This document shows, piece by piece, positions 25,653 through 34,491 of a stretch of 34,491 bases of DNA. How positions within the stretch are numbered: position 1 is the first letter of the stretch; every line of letters begins with the position of its first letter. A program made the position numbers and the translations under genes. The notes beneath the pieces were generated by a model. That model was not told where the DNA came from. It ran no database searches and saw only the letters and a program-made list of their open reading frames with translations. This stretch comes from a virus. Lineage: Duplodnaviria > Caudoviricetes. Location of the stretch: positions 1-34,491 of the IMG/VR virus record IMGVR_UViG_3300012348_000076. One strand, given 5' to 3'.

Positions 25653-25843
25653 TACTCCACCTCTGGTGTGTCAGCAGTAACTTTCTTAGGACGGCCTACA
25701 GTCTTCTTAGGCTCTTCTGTATCGACAGAAACTTCATCAACCACGAGTTCGTAGTCAGGATGGTTCTTCATCGAGTCAATATCGACTTGGTGTTCAAAAG
25801 TAACGGTGTTACCGCTGAGTAGGCATTTAAAGGTTGCTGACAT
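25652..25843 (-). CDS. Hypothetical protein (63 aa, MSATFKC...GRPKK)
   Basis: GAGGA RBS before the ATG at 25843; directly follows the major capsid gene. Confidence 0.7.
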   Translation of the reverse strand: MSATFKCLLSGNTVTFEHQVDIDSMKNHPDYELVVDEVSVDTEEPKKTVGRPKKVTADTPEVE

Positions 25844-25874
25844 ATAAAGGTTATCCTCTGTTAGTAGATACACC

Positions 25875-25902
25875 AAAGGAGCCTCCTTGTGAGAGGCCCC
25901 TT
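25875..25902 (-). terminator. Probable leaky terminator after the major capsid gene
   Basis: AAGGGGCCTCT-CACAA-GGAGGCTCCTT stem with short U tail. Confidence 0.7.
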
Positions 25903-25916
25903 CAGTTTAGCTACTA

Positions 25917-26855
25917 TTAGACTGGTACTGCCAATGCAACAGAAGCGTAGTCACGCAACTCAGCAACGCCGTACAGAGTGTCAGCAGTAAACAGAGTACC
26001 GAGGTATTCTTGTTTGTACTGAGTCTGTGAACGGATACCGACTTGCTCCACCAAGACCATAGAGTCCTTGTGTGCCATCAAACAGATACGTGCTGGTTGA
26101 GCTGTACCTGAACCATCGTTAGCGTCTGTAGGTGTGTCAGCGTTGGTAGACACGAACACTTTAACGCCGTACACATCACCGATTTCACCGTTACGGATGG
26201 TGTTAGCACCGCCTTGTTCGCCCACGAAAGCTTGTTCAGTGAAACGAGCCAAGCCCATCAGAGTGTTACGGCTCGATGGAGGAACGATGAAGAAACGACC
26301 GTCCATAGGAACATCAGCGTCATCCAAACGCTGAATAGAACGACGAATTGCAGCGTCAGTCAAAGCAGCTTGGTTGTCAGTGGTGTAGTCGTAAGCGGTA
26401 GTACCGTTAGAACCGATGAAAGCACCAGCGTAACGAGCACCAGCGCCACCTTGAGCCAGACGACCCAACTGGATCAGATCTGTATCAACTTGTTTAGCCA
26501 AAGCATAACCAGCATCATCAGTGTAGAACTGACGCAGGCTAGACAGAGCTTGGGCTTCTGTGATGTCTTCGATCAAGCGGCTGTATTCGTAGTGCTTGTT
26601 AATCAAAACTTGCACTTCAGATTCAGTAGCGGCAATCAAAGTCACTTGAGTCGATGCAGCCTTAGCGGAAGCAGAGCCACGGGTAGGGCTAGGAATGTGA
26701 ACGGTGTCACCTTTCTTACCCTTGAAGCTCATTTTCTTAACGAGGTTGGCAGCGACCAAGCCTTTTTTGTAGGCTGCAACAATTTCATCACTCCAAATTT
26801 CAGGAATGAATGTTGCTGCGGTTGTATTGGTTACGTGATTAGTTCCGAGACCCAT
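25917..26855 (-). CDS. Major capsid protein (HK97 fold)
   Basis: FIPEIWS, GDTVHIP, GYALAKQVD, VPMDGRFFIV, ADTLYGV; strong codon bias; follows the scaffold. Confidence 0.92.
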   Translation of the reverse strand: MGLGTNHVTNTTAATFIPEIWSDEIVAAYKKGLVAANLVKKMSFKGKKGDTVHIPSPTRGSASAKAASTQVTLIAATESEVQVLINKHYEYSRLIEDITEAQALSSLRQFYTDDAGYALAKQVDTDLIQLGRLAQGGAGARYAGAFIGSNGTTAYDYTTDNQAALTDAAIRRSIQRLDDADVPMDGRFFIVPPSSRNTLMGLARFTEQAFVGEQGGANTIRNGEIGDVYGVKVFVSTNADTPTDANDGSGTAQPARICLMAHKDSMVLVEQVGIRSQTQYKQEYLGTLFTADTLYGVAELRDYASVALAVPV

Positions 26856-26892
26856 TTTAAATACTCCTAGATATACAATTAATAAAAATTAC

Positions 26893-27666
26893 TTACCGAA
26901 CCCGCCCATCAGCATAAGCAGCCATGATTTCAGGCTCTAACGCTTCGTAACGATCCGGATCACTCATTCGCAGCCGAATAAGGTCGGCCCGACGATAAAC
27001 TCTCTTCGATGATTCACCAGTACCGCCAGTATCAACAGTAGCAGCTTTTAAGTTCTGCTTCAATGTCTCTTTACCTTTGGTCGCTACCTGTTGCGTCTTA
27101 ACTTGCTTAAGCTGCTTAAAGGTAGACAACAATTCATTTGCGCTGTCGTAATCAAACTCAGCATCGGCTCTAGCGTACAACTGAGTGCGAACGGGAGATT
27201 GTTTTACCCACTCCGCAAACTCAGGATCTTGAACAATAGCACCGAAGTCAGGATGTTCTTGACTTAGCTTCTGTTGAATCTGCATCTTCTTAAATTCCTG
27301 AGCACTTTGTCGTGCAGCGAGAACATCTGGATGCTTGTCAATAGAATTACGAATTGCCTTCTGAGGATCTTCAAAGAAGTCAATTTCAGGCTCTACTTCA
27401 GTAGGTGCAGCAGTTTTACTCGATAGACTTTGTTTCAACAATTCATCAGCAAGTTTACGAACCTCGCCAACTTCTTGGGCCTGTTTACCAATGAGCTTCT
27501 CAGCCTCTTGGTGCATCTTGATGATCTCCTGTGCAGACTTCCCTTTGTATTTCTCAGGGATTGTGTCTTCAACTACATGATCTTCTTCAATCTTGGGCGG
27601 TGAGGTGAGTTGTTCAACTACGTCGAGTTCACCTACAGTACTATCTTCGTTATCATCTACTAACAT
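26893..27666 (-). CDS. Capsid scaffolding protein
   Basis: IPEKYKGKS...EAEKLIGKQAQEVGEVRK; C-terminal AYADGRVR; acidic; directly upstream of the capsid gene. Confidence 0.85.
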   Translation of the reverse strand: MLVDDNEDSTVGELDVVEQLTSPPKIEEDHVVEDTIPEKYKGKSAQEIIKMHQEAEKLIGKQAQEVGEVRKLADELLKQSLSSKTAAPTEVEPEIDFFEDPQKAIRNSIDKHPDVLAARQSAQEFKKMQIQQKLSQEHPDFGAIVQDPEFAEWVKQSPVRTQLYARADAEFDYDSANELLSTFKQLKQVKTQQVATKGKETLKQNLKAATVDTGGTGESSKRVYRRADLIRLRMSDPDRYEALEPEIMAAYADGRVR

Positions 27667-27741
27667 ATACTAATTCCTTTTCCTGCCACGTATAAAATGT
27701 GGTTCTAGGATCTATTTAAAATATGAACCCGGTATCTCTAC

Positions 27742-27975
27742 TTATGAGTTCTGCTTTCTTTCTACGGCAAGCTTCTCAGCTCGCTTTCGTTCCCATGAGT
27801 CATAAGCTGTCGGAAAAGAGCCTGTCCAGCCTTCTAACTTCATGGTAGGTGCACTAACTACTCTCTTAGAATCAGAACCACATTCCCTACAGGGAGTTGC
27901 GTGGCACTCTGCGTCTACAAAAGCATCAGTGCGATGACCGTTCTCACATAAGAATTCAAAGATACGACGAGGCAT
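27742..27975 (-). CDS. FmdB-like Zn-ribbon protein
   Basis: FEFLCENGH...CRECG...RVVSAP. Confidence 0.8.
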   Translation of the reverse strand: MPRRIFEFLCENGHRTDAFVDAECHATPCRECGSDSKRVVSAPTMKLEGWTGSFPTAYDSWERKRAEKLAVERKQNS

Positions 27976-27978
27976 TTA

Positions 27979-28236
27979 TCACACCTCACCAGTCTCTTGC
28001 AAATCCTTATAAGTACGGCTGTAGGCTTCCTTCAAGCCATATAACCAGTTCAAAATATCCATCTGTCCACGACGAAAGTCTAAGGGGTGTGTTTCCGTGA
28101 CAGAAGATAGTTTGTCGTAGCTATTCTTTACTTTGAGGATGTCTTCCATGAGATCTTTCCACCCTTGAGTGGACATCATGTCGAAGGCATCATCGTAGAA
28201 TTTCGATAAATCTTGTGTACTTGAGGATTGTTCCAT
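27979..28236 (-). CDS. Conserved head-module hypothetical protein (85 aa)
   Basis: GWKDL...FRRGQ; RBS-like sequence upstream; first gene after the internal promoter. Confidence 0.75.
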   Translation of the reverse strand: MEQSSSTQDLSKFYDDAFDMMSTQGWKDLMEDILKVKNSYDKLSSVTETHPLDFRRGQMDILNWLYGLKEAYSRTYKDLQETGEV

Positions 28237-28266
28237 ATTAGGAGTCCTATTAGTTAATAAGTACGT

Positions 28267-28302
28267 AATGTATACTAAAAAGTACTCGTTGTCAAGTACT
28301 TT
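28267..28302 (-). promoter_or_regulatory. Sigma70 promoter for head genes with an overlapping inverted repeat
   Basis: TTGACA (28295-28290), 17 nt, TACATT (28272-28267); AAAGTACT-N8-AGTACTTT at 28279-28302. Confidence 0.7.
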
Positions 28303-28326
28303 ATAGTAAATATTTACATTTATTTA

Positions 28327-28596
28327 TTAAGCGTCTTGAGCGCCTTCAAACTCAGGTTTCAGCTTGATGATGGCATACAAGGCAGCACGATCAGCACCAG
28401 CAACGTATTCGTCACCAGCAATCTGAACCTTACCTGCGCTCAAGGGTTGCTTACCTGCATCACGGGCTTCTTTAGAAGCGTAGCCGTAGAAGGTCACTTC
28501 AGTGCCTTGACCTTTGAAATCTTCTTGTACTGCCCCGATGTTCCAGTAGGCTGCAGGAATACCGAAGTCTGTGTCTACTGATTTAATGAGTGCCAT
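28327..28596 (-). CDS. Fibre-associated small protein (89 aa), probable paralogue of 29890..30159
   Basis: Shared pattern MAL...AY..I...A..AR..G...Y...K....GA.D. Confidence 0.7.
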   Translation of the reverse strand: MALIKSVDTDFGIPAAYWNIGAVQEDFKGQGTEVTFYGYASKEARDAGKQPLSAGKVQIAGDEYVAGADRAALYAIIKLKPEFEGAQDA

Positions 28597-28615
28597 TTTG
28601 TATTCTCTTTATTGA

Positions 28616-28774
28616 TTATTCGTCTGCTGGTTCAGGCGTGTTACCTTCTTCCAACCATTTTAAATAGGCTTGATAGTCTGTGTTGGCGGGGTCGAATGGA
28701 ATGCTCATGTTTCGCTCAATGTAAAGCACAGAGTTTGGTTGGTTTTCCACAGGATTATTTAAAAGTTTGTACAT
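28616..28774 (-). CDS. Small fibre-assembly-type protein (52 aa)
   Basis: Read manually: MYKLLNN...SIPFDPANTDYQAYLKWLEEGNTPEPADE. Confidence 0.75.
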   Translation of the reverse strand: MYKLLNNPVENQPNSVLYIERNMSIPFDPANTDYQAYLKWLEEGNTPEPADE

Positions 28775-29890
28775 TTATAGCTCCGCTGAATAGTCAAGAG
28801 TTGCAGTGCCAGTTAAAAACATTACAGACCCGCTTGCTACAACCATCCCTGTAGTATTTCCAACAAGAAAACAAGATTGCGTGCTACCAACACTTAAAAA
28901 CGGAACACTGTTTGAGCTATACGTGCCTCCACTCGACTGAAGTTTAAAATCTGCAACAGTCCCAGAAGCTGTGCAAGAAGGCGTTGCACGTTTAGGCGCA
29001 TACAACGTAGACATAAATGTTTGCGTGGAGCTGGCTGATAATCCTGAAGCGTTGCAATAATTTGTTGATGCGTTGTGTCTTTCAAAATACCGCTGACACA
29101 AAGCCAACTCAGTACCATAAGGTCGCCAATCAAAACTTGTGGCTACAGTACCTTTTTCCAGTTGAACGCCTGTGATGTAGAAAGTGGCTCCGTTAGTTGC
29201 CATCAAGTTTGTTGCGCTTGTAACCGACCAATAGTTTGTTGAAGCCCAAGAGCCAGCCGTCCCAGATAAAGAAGAACCAACACCAAAGCCCCATGTAACC
29301 ATCATCCCAATACCGTTGTTGGTTAACCATGTGCCTGTTGTATCACCAGCAATAGTGATTGATTTTTGTTCCCATGTATTTGCCGAGCTAATTGTGTAGC
29401 TAAAAGGATAAGAGCGAGTTCCATCACTATTACGAATAGCGCCACCAAAAGAGCCAGTAACGCTAGAGCGAACCCAAAACGATAATGTAATAGGCTGTGC
29501 TGAAGCTGTACCCCAAGCGAAATCAGCAACATTATTACCTTCAATCCTTTGCTGAATAAAGTAGCGTTGCGCTGTTCCTAAAGAAGCATCTGCGGTTGTC
29601 ACCGTTGCCAGCATTGAATTTACAAAACCTGACGGAGCTACAGTAGATTGCTGAAGCGTAAATACACCATCTGTATTTTCTCCTGCACCTTGCCAACGAT
29701 CAACACTAAAAGCATTTACTGATGCGTCATTAACAGTGACAGTCGCATTACGCTGATTTACAGTCATCGCACCATTGATGATGCGGTTCTCAAAAGAAAA
29801 CGTGTTTGTAGCGTTTACTGAGCCAGCAACAGTTACACCGCCAGTTGAAGGCGTTAAGGTGTCAGTTCTGTGATTAGTCTGGATTGTCAT
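28775..29890 (-). CDS. Fibre/receptor-binding-type protein with carbohydrate-binding-like domain (371 aa)
   Basis: NRIINGAM.VNQR, VDRW, QRIEG, TLSFWVRS, ITGVQLEKG, ELALCQRYF, terminal SAEL. Confidence 0.8.
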   Translation of the reverse strand: MTIQTNHRTDTLTPSTGGVTVAGSVNATNTFSFENRIINGAMTVNQRNATVTVNDASVNAFSVDRWQGAGENTDGVFTLQQSTVAPSGFVNSMLATVTTADASLGTAQRYFIQQRIEGNNVADFAWGTASAQPITLSFWVRSSVTGSFGGAIRNSDGTRSYPFSYTISSANTWEQKSITIAGDTTGTWLTNNGIGMMVTWGFGVGSSLSGTAGSWASTNYWSVTSATNLMATNGATFYITGVQLEKGTVATSFDWRPYGTELALCQRYFERHNASTNYCNASGLSASSTQTFMSTLYAPKRATPSCTASGTVADFKLQSSGGTYSSNSVPFLSVGSTQSCFLVGNTTGMVVASGSVMFLTGTATLDYSAEL

Positions 29891-30159
29891 TAGACATCCT
29901 CAGCGCCTTGGTACACGGTCAGAGTCTTCAACACGGTGTAGATTGCAGGAATCAAGTTGCCTGACAAGTCTTCCATGTTGATGTAATGAGCGTGTTGAGC
30001 CACTGAAGGCCAACCTTGTTGACGAGCAGCCTCAGTAGCGTGAACTTCCACTTGAACTTGGATTTGGTCTTTAGTACCGAAGAAGTTGGTGATACGAGCG
30101 TAAGCCTGAGTTTCAGACTGACCGTTTGTGTTGTTGATTGCTGTGATTTTTAGTGCCAT
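29890..30159 (-). CDS. Fibre-associated small protein (89 aa)
   Basis: AGGAG RBS; directly follows the large fibre gene. Confidence 0.7.
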   Translation of the reverse strand: MALKITAINNTNGQSETQAYARITNFFGTKDQIQVQVEVHATEAARQQGWPSVAQHAHYINMEDLSGNLIPAIYTVLKTLTVYQGAEDV

Positions 30160-30169
30160 AAGGCTCTCC

Positions 30170-33055
30170 TTAGTAAGTCATTTCCGTTGTTTCAATTTTG
30201 GCAACCCAACGGATTGTTGTGGAAGCCTGTCCTGTTACCGTTACTGCGAGTCCACCATTGGTGGTGTCTGCTGTCAATGCAACAACCCATGCAGATGCAC
30301 CTGAGTCTTGTCCAATAAGGTTAAGAACTGGCGTACCAACAAGAGCTGTTGATGCTGCGTTTGCACCACGTTTGATCGTGCCTTTGAATTCCCAAGATGA
30401 AGTGTTACCAGCGCCAGTTACACCAGCAACGACTGAGCCGCTGAAATAATAGGCTGAGTTGTTGGGTAGGATTACTTGGTTGGTTGTTCCTGCTGGACTT
30501 GTGTCAGAACAGAGAACTGTTGCAGTCGCATCGGTTGTTTGACGACCTAAAAGTAACAAGCCTGCTTGCGAAATACCGGGAGCATTTGCCACTGGTTGGT
30601 AGCAGGCTGGAAATGCCGAAGCCCCAACAATACTTCGTGTTGTACCGTTTCTTCCACCAAGAATACTTGACGCAAACGAATTAGCTGAGTTAGTGTCTCC
30701 ACCACCTACAAAAGATGCGTACCCACCAGAAAAGTTCCCAAAGCCGCCCACAACGGAAGCGCCTCCGCCAGATGCCGTGTTTCCAGCAAACCCTGAACCA
30801 TAAAAACCGCCGCCGCCGACAAAAGAACCAACGCCGCTTGCTAAGTTTTTAGCGCCACCGCTTACAACACTCCAATCACCAGAAGCCACATTTCGGTTAG
30901 CAGCAGTACCAGCGTCTCCGCCTCCGCCAATAAACGAATACGAACCAGATGCTTGGTTATTGCCGCCGCCTACAACGACACCGTGGGGTGTGTAGAAGCT
31001 GAGTGTGCTTGTGGATGAGCCTGATGCTGCTTGGCTTAGTGTCAGGGATGTACCGCTGATTGCAGCAACGTAGGTAAGGTTTGGATAACCAGTTATTCCA
31101 GTGCCATTAATTAACTGACCAACTTTAATAGCTGCGTTAGAACCTGACAAAGTGACCGCTGTTGAGCCAGAAGTTACAGTTGTTGTTGCTTGCGTAGTTA
31201 CGGCTGCACTAGAAGTTGTAGAGTTTCTTTCGCCGCCACCAACAAATCCGTTAAACCCAGACGCTGTATTGAAATAGCCCCCAACGGAAACAGAGTTGCT
31301 ACCTGTAGAGTAGTTATTTAATCCGCCACCAACAAAAGAATAACCACCAGTCGCTTGGTTACTTGCACCAGCAACCGCTACTGAATCGTAAGATGACACC
31401 AAGTTGGATTCGCCGCCGCCAACAAAACCTCCGTAAGAAGAAACTCTGTTGCTTGAGCCGCCCGACACTGTAGAAAACTGCGCCGATGCCACTTGGTTTG
31501 CGTTGCCTCGGTTAGTCTGCCAATCAACAGCATTAGCACCCCTAGCATTACCACCTGTGGCTGTAGAGTCTGTCTGTTGGGCTTGTAAGGCTCCTGTGCC
31601 TTTTGGTTGAAGGACTAGGGGGATGTTTGTGTCTGAGCCAGCTACTGACAGCGCAGGGCCTGTTCCAGTAACACCAGCAGCCATCTGTAAATAATTAACG
31701 CCAGATGAAGTATTATTTAACTGTAAGGCAACCACTGAGCCGCCATTACAACTAAAAATCATTGACCCTCCTGCTTTGCCATAGATATTTAATCCAGCAG
31801 AAGCATCGCTACCTTGGGCTGAAATCGTCGGTCTTCCACCAGTAGCCGCACCAGTAACCTGTACGTAGTTCACAGCAGAGGCTGTGTGGCTTACGTTAAG
31901 CTGTTGTTGTGCAAAACCATTGCTATAAAAGCCAATTCCACTAACGCCCTTACTGCTCAGTAACAAGTTTAAGTTTGTACCTGAACCAGCAGAAGAAATT
32001 TTTGGGCTGATAGATGTGTCGCCTTGTACGGCAACATAGTTTACTGCTGATGCAACGGTATTAACACGCAAACCTTCACTACCAGCAGCACCACCCAAAG
32101 ATGTCTGACCAGTAGCAGTCAACGTAGTAAACGTACCAGCGGCAGCAGTGGTTGCACCGACTGTAGTACCGTTGATCGTACCGCCTGTGATGGCTACGTT
32201 AGACGCTGCCTGAGTAGACATTGTACCTAAACCGCTGATGTCAGTATTAGATAGCGTTACAGCACCTGTGCGACCCGCTACGGAAGTAACTAAGTTAGTC
32301 TGATCAAGTTTCTGCCATGTAGAACCGTTGTAGATAGCCCAATCGCCTACTTGCCAATCAGTAACACCGTTTAAGTTAGTAGAACCTGCCACGCTAACAA
32401 CGTAGTACCAACCATTAGTGCCTGTGCTAGAAGCAAGCGTAGGTGTATTGGTCGAAGCGTTCCACGTACCTTTGTAAGTTAAACCGCTACTTCCACCGCT
32501 AATAGAATCGATCTGATCTTGGAGGCTAGCTAAACTGTCCAACACAGACTGAGATGTACCACCGCCGTTACCGATGACTTTAATCTTCTCAGCGACATCC
32601 ATAGGCACTACTTCGCCTACGTTGATCTCAGTACCGTCAGTGAGTTTAATGATCAAGGAGCCATCGAAGTCAATGTAGGCATCTTGTACACCTACTCCGT
32701 CTACACCATCAGCTCCAGCGTCACCTTTAGGCCCAGTGATGGAGATACCATCCTTGCCATCTTTACCGTCTACACCATCTTTACCGTTCTTACCGTCAAC
32801 ACCGTCTTTACCATCCTGTAGAGACTTAGCTTTAACGTCGATGATACCGTTTAACTCGTTGAAGCGAGTCTCTAGGTCGTTCTTGATACGTTTAATGGCA
32901 TCAACGACTAAGGAGGCGTACTGACCAGCCTCCTGAGCCTTAACAGCAGCCTTAGAAGCTTGTACGTTACTCTCGATACCTTTAACTAGAGCTAGTTTTT
33001 CAGCATCGGAGAGGTTAGCAATACCTAATTTCTCTTCTAAAGTGTTAATGTCCAT
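30170..33055 (-). CDS. Large modular fibre/adhesin (961 aa)
   Basis: Coiled coil, collagen-like GKD/GVD triplets, three internal repeats (AVNYV/GVNYL...P.IS..GS...KG), about 15-aa GGG..N beta-roll repeats. Confidence 0.85.
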   Translation of the reverse strand: MDINTLEEKLGIANLSDAEKLALVKGIESNVQASKAAVKAQEAGQYASLVVDAIKRIKNDLETRFNELNGIIDVKAKSLQDGKDGVDGKNGKDGVDGKDGKDGISITGPKGDAGADGVDGVGVQDAYIDFDGSLIIKLTDGTEINVGEVVPMDVAEKIKVIGNGGGTSQSVLDSLASLQDQIDSISGGSSGLTYKGTWNASTNTPTLASSTGTNGWYYVVSVAGSTNLNGVTDWQVGDWAIYNGSTWQKLDQTNLVTSVAGRTGAVTLSNTDISGLGTMSTQAASNVAITGGTINGTTVGATTAAAGTFTTLTATGQTSLGGAAGSEGLRVNTVASAVNYVAVQGDTSISPKISSAGSGTNLNLLLSSKGVSGIGFYSNGFAQQQLNVSHTASAVNYVQVTGAATGGRPTISAQGSDASAGLNIYGKAGGSMIFSCNGGSVVALQLNNTSSGVNYLQMAAGVTGTGPALSVAGSDTNIPLVLQPKGTGALQAQQTDSTATGGNARGANAVDWQTNRGNANQVASAQFSTVSGGSSNRVSSYGGFVGGGESNLVSSYDSVAVAGASNQATGGYSFVGGGLNNYSTGSNSVSVGGYFNTASGFNGFVGGGERNSTTSSAAVTTQATTTVTSGSTAVTLSGSNAAIKVGQLINGTGITGYPNLTYVAAISGTSLTLSQAASGSSTSTLSFYTPHGVVVGGGNNQASGSYSFIGGGGDAGTAANRNVASGDWSVVSGGAKNLASGVGSFVGGGGFYGSGFAGNTASGGGASVVGGFGNFSGGYASFVGGGDTNSANSFASSILGGRNGTTRSIVGASAFPACYQPVANAPGISQAGLLLLGRQTTDATATVLCSDTSPAGTTNQVILPNNSAYYFSGSVVAGVTGAGNTSSWEFKGTIKRGANAASTALVGTPVLNLIGQDSGASAWVVALTADTTNGGLAVTVTGQASTTIRWVAKIETTEMTY

Positions 33056-34491
33056 TATTTCAAGCCTTCGGTGAGCTGTTTAAGGAAATCAGCCTCAGTT
33101 CCCATCTGATCTTGCTTATATTTGCTCATCTGTAACTCAACGATCTTCGCTTTGTTCTTGATGTCAGCTTCTTTAAGCATTAAGTCAGCAATTTTAACAC
33201 GTTTATCGAACTCTCTACTAGCTAATTCATCATTATTAGGTAAATTATTAGTAGATGAAGCGATAATCTTAGCTTGAACCTCTTGAGGCTTCAACTGAGT
33301 CTCTACCATCGTGCTCATAGCCTCAGCTTTATTTCGTTCAGCCTGTGTAGTATTCACTGCAATCTGAGCCTGAGCAGCTTGGATAGCGAGTTGCTGTTGC
33401 ATTTGCTCCATCTGCTGTGCTTCAGGGTTAGGTTGAGCCATCTGATCGAGAGCTGCAATCATCTCAGCGCGGTTACTCAAGCTAGAATTAGCGATAACAC
33501 CCTTCAAGATCAAGGGCAACACTGGAGTATTCGGGCCTAAGGTCTGCAAGAGAGCGATGAACTGAGATTGTTCGTACTCACGAGCCATGATACCCAGAGT
33601 CGCTGTAGGTACGAAGTTCAAGTCAGCGGAAGGGTAACGCTCAGGATCGAACTGCATGAAGCGGAAAGCTGCCTTCTTGATGAAAGGAGACAGGAAATCC
33701 TCTTGGAAGTTCGTTAAGGTACGCTTATTCTTCTTGATCAACGAAGCCACAGCCATCGAGATACCACCTTGGGAGGCATCACGGGAGACTTGGGAGATCA
33801 TGCCATTGGTGTCCATCGTACCAGTAGCTTGCAACAACATACGCTCGAAGTTCTGAGCTGCCGCAGGAGCGTTACCGTCTGTGCTACCGAACTTGAACGG
33901 CATCATGATCTCAGAGGGATTACCGTTAGTCAGGAGAGCTTTACCGGGCTTAACTTCAAACTTAGCACCACGAGGCAAGCGAGTAGCATCCATAGCGATC
34001 ATGGGCGATGTAGTCAACGCCAATGAGTCGAGGTAGGCACGATACTGAGCATCGATGGCCTTCTGCATGTTGTAAGCCTTCTCAACGACACCACGACCCA
34101 ACAGACGGTTAGGTACTGTATCGTCTTGGTACGTCATAATAGGACGATCCTTCATCATGTACGGATTCTCCTCAGCCTTCAGGAGAAGATTACCGTTACC
34201 GATAACGATGATAGCCTCTACCAAGTCAGAGTAGTCATCAGCTGCTGAGTCTTCAGGGAAGAGATCTACAACTTCCTTACCGTCACCTTCGAGCTTCATC
34301 AAGTACTCACGAGGCACTAAGCCGTAGTACGTGAGCATCGTAGCTTTACCATCTTGGAACTGACGTAGTTCCTGAGTAGCCTCTAGAGAGTCATCGTCCA
34401 TGTAAGGAGTGATGTCTACCTTTCGATAGATACCTGACTCCATACCAGCTACGATCTTATGTAAGCTCACAGGCTTCTCAATAGCTACACC
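33055..34491 (-). CDS. Portal protein (5' end outside the window)
   Basis: GRGVVEKAYNMQKAIDA...LDSLAL, KFEVKPGK, Gln-rich C-terminal coiled coil; frame stays open to the window end. Confidence 0.88.
   Translation of the reverse strand, partial: GVAIEKPVSLHKIVAGMESGIYRKVDITPYMDDDSLEATQELRQFQDGKATMLTYYGLVPREYLMKLEGDGKEVVDLFPEDSAADDYSDLVEAIIVIGNGNLLLKAEENPYMMKDRPIMTYQDDTVPNRLLGRGVVEKAYNMQKAIDAQYRAYLDSLALTTSPMIAMDATRLPRGAKFEVKPGKALLTNGNPSEIMMPFKFGSTDGNAPAAAQNFERMLLQATGTMDTNGMISQVSRDASQGGISMAVASLIKKNKRTLTNFQEDFLSPFIKKAAFRFMQFDPERYPSADLNFVPTATLGIMAREYEQSQFIALLQTLGPNTPVLPLILKGVIANSSLSNRAEMIAALDQMAQPNPEAQQMEQMQQQLAIQAAQAQIAVNTTQAERNKAEAMSTMVETQLKPQEVQAKIIASSTNNLPNNDELASREFDKRVKIADLMLKEADIKNKAKIVELQMSKYKQDQMGTEADFLKQLTEGLK

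Noticed and set aside
25900-25960. T7 10B-like programmed frameshift at the capsid gene end
   Set aside because: No slippery sequence evident; tandem stops and a terminator hairpin follow immediately
26214-26870. 218-aa antisense ORF over the major capsid gene
   Set aside because: Shadow frame expected from strong codon bias of a highly expressed gene; no RBS or motif
28775-33055. Diversity-generating retroelement or invertible fibre switch
   Set aside because: No reverse transcriptase, invertase or near-identical template/variable repeat pair seen
1-34491. 8-nt inverted match between window ends (GTGTAGCT at 1-8, AGCTACAC at 34483-34490)
   Set aside because: The right end lies inside the portal coding sequence; too short to be a terminal inverted repeat and likely chance

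Overview
The window holds most of a lytic podovirus-type dsDNA phage genome with two convergent arms. The + arm (about 0.87-15.67 kb) has many tiny early ORFs, then a T7-like replication and nucleotide-metabolism module: gp4-type primase/helicase, family A DNA polymerase, SSB-like protein, 5'-3' exonuclease, endonuclease I, metallophosphoesterase, DUF3310-like protein and a B12-dependent class II ribonucleotide reductase. No phage RNA polymerase or integrase is visible. The - arm (34.49-15.7 kb) has a portal (truncated at the window end), a fibre/adhesin cassette placed between portal and head genes, scaffold, major capsid, podoviral tail proteins, three probable ejection proteins and a lysis cassette. 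The arms meet at a hairpin terminator at about 15.69 kb. This layout resembles SIO1/cobavirus/VpV262-like and uncultured aquatic podoviruses (inference). Three free-standing homing-type endonucleases abut conserved genes. The first 860 bp are non-coding and highly structured: a consensus leftward sigma70 promoter, a G-quadruplex-type tract, 9-bp tandem repeats, an IHF consensus box and sigma54-like -24 boxes. I saw no CRISPR array, tRNA, intron or intein, and no clearly novel multi-gene system can be established from sequence alone. All product calls come from motif recognition and synteny, not database searches.
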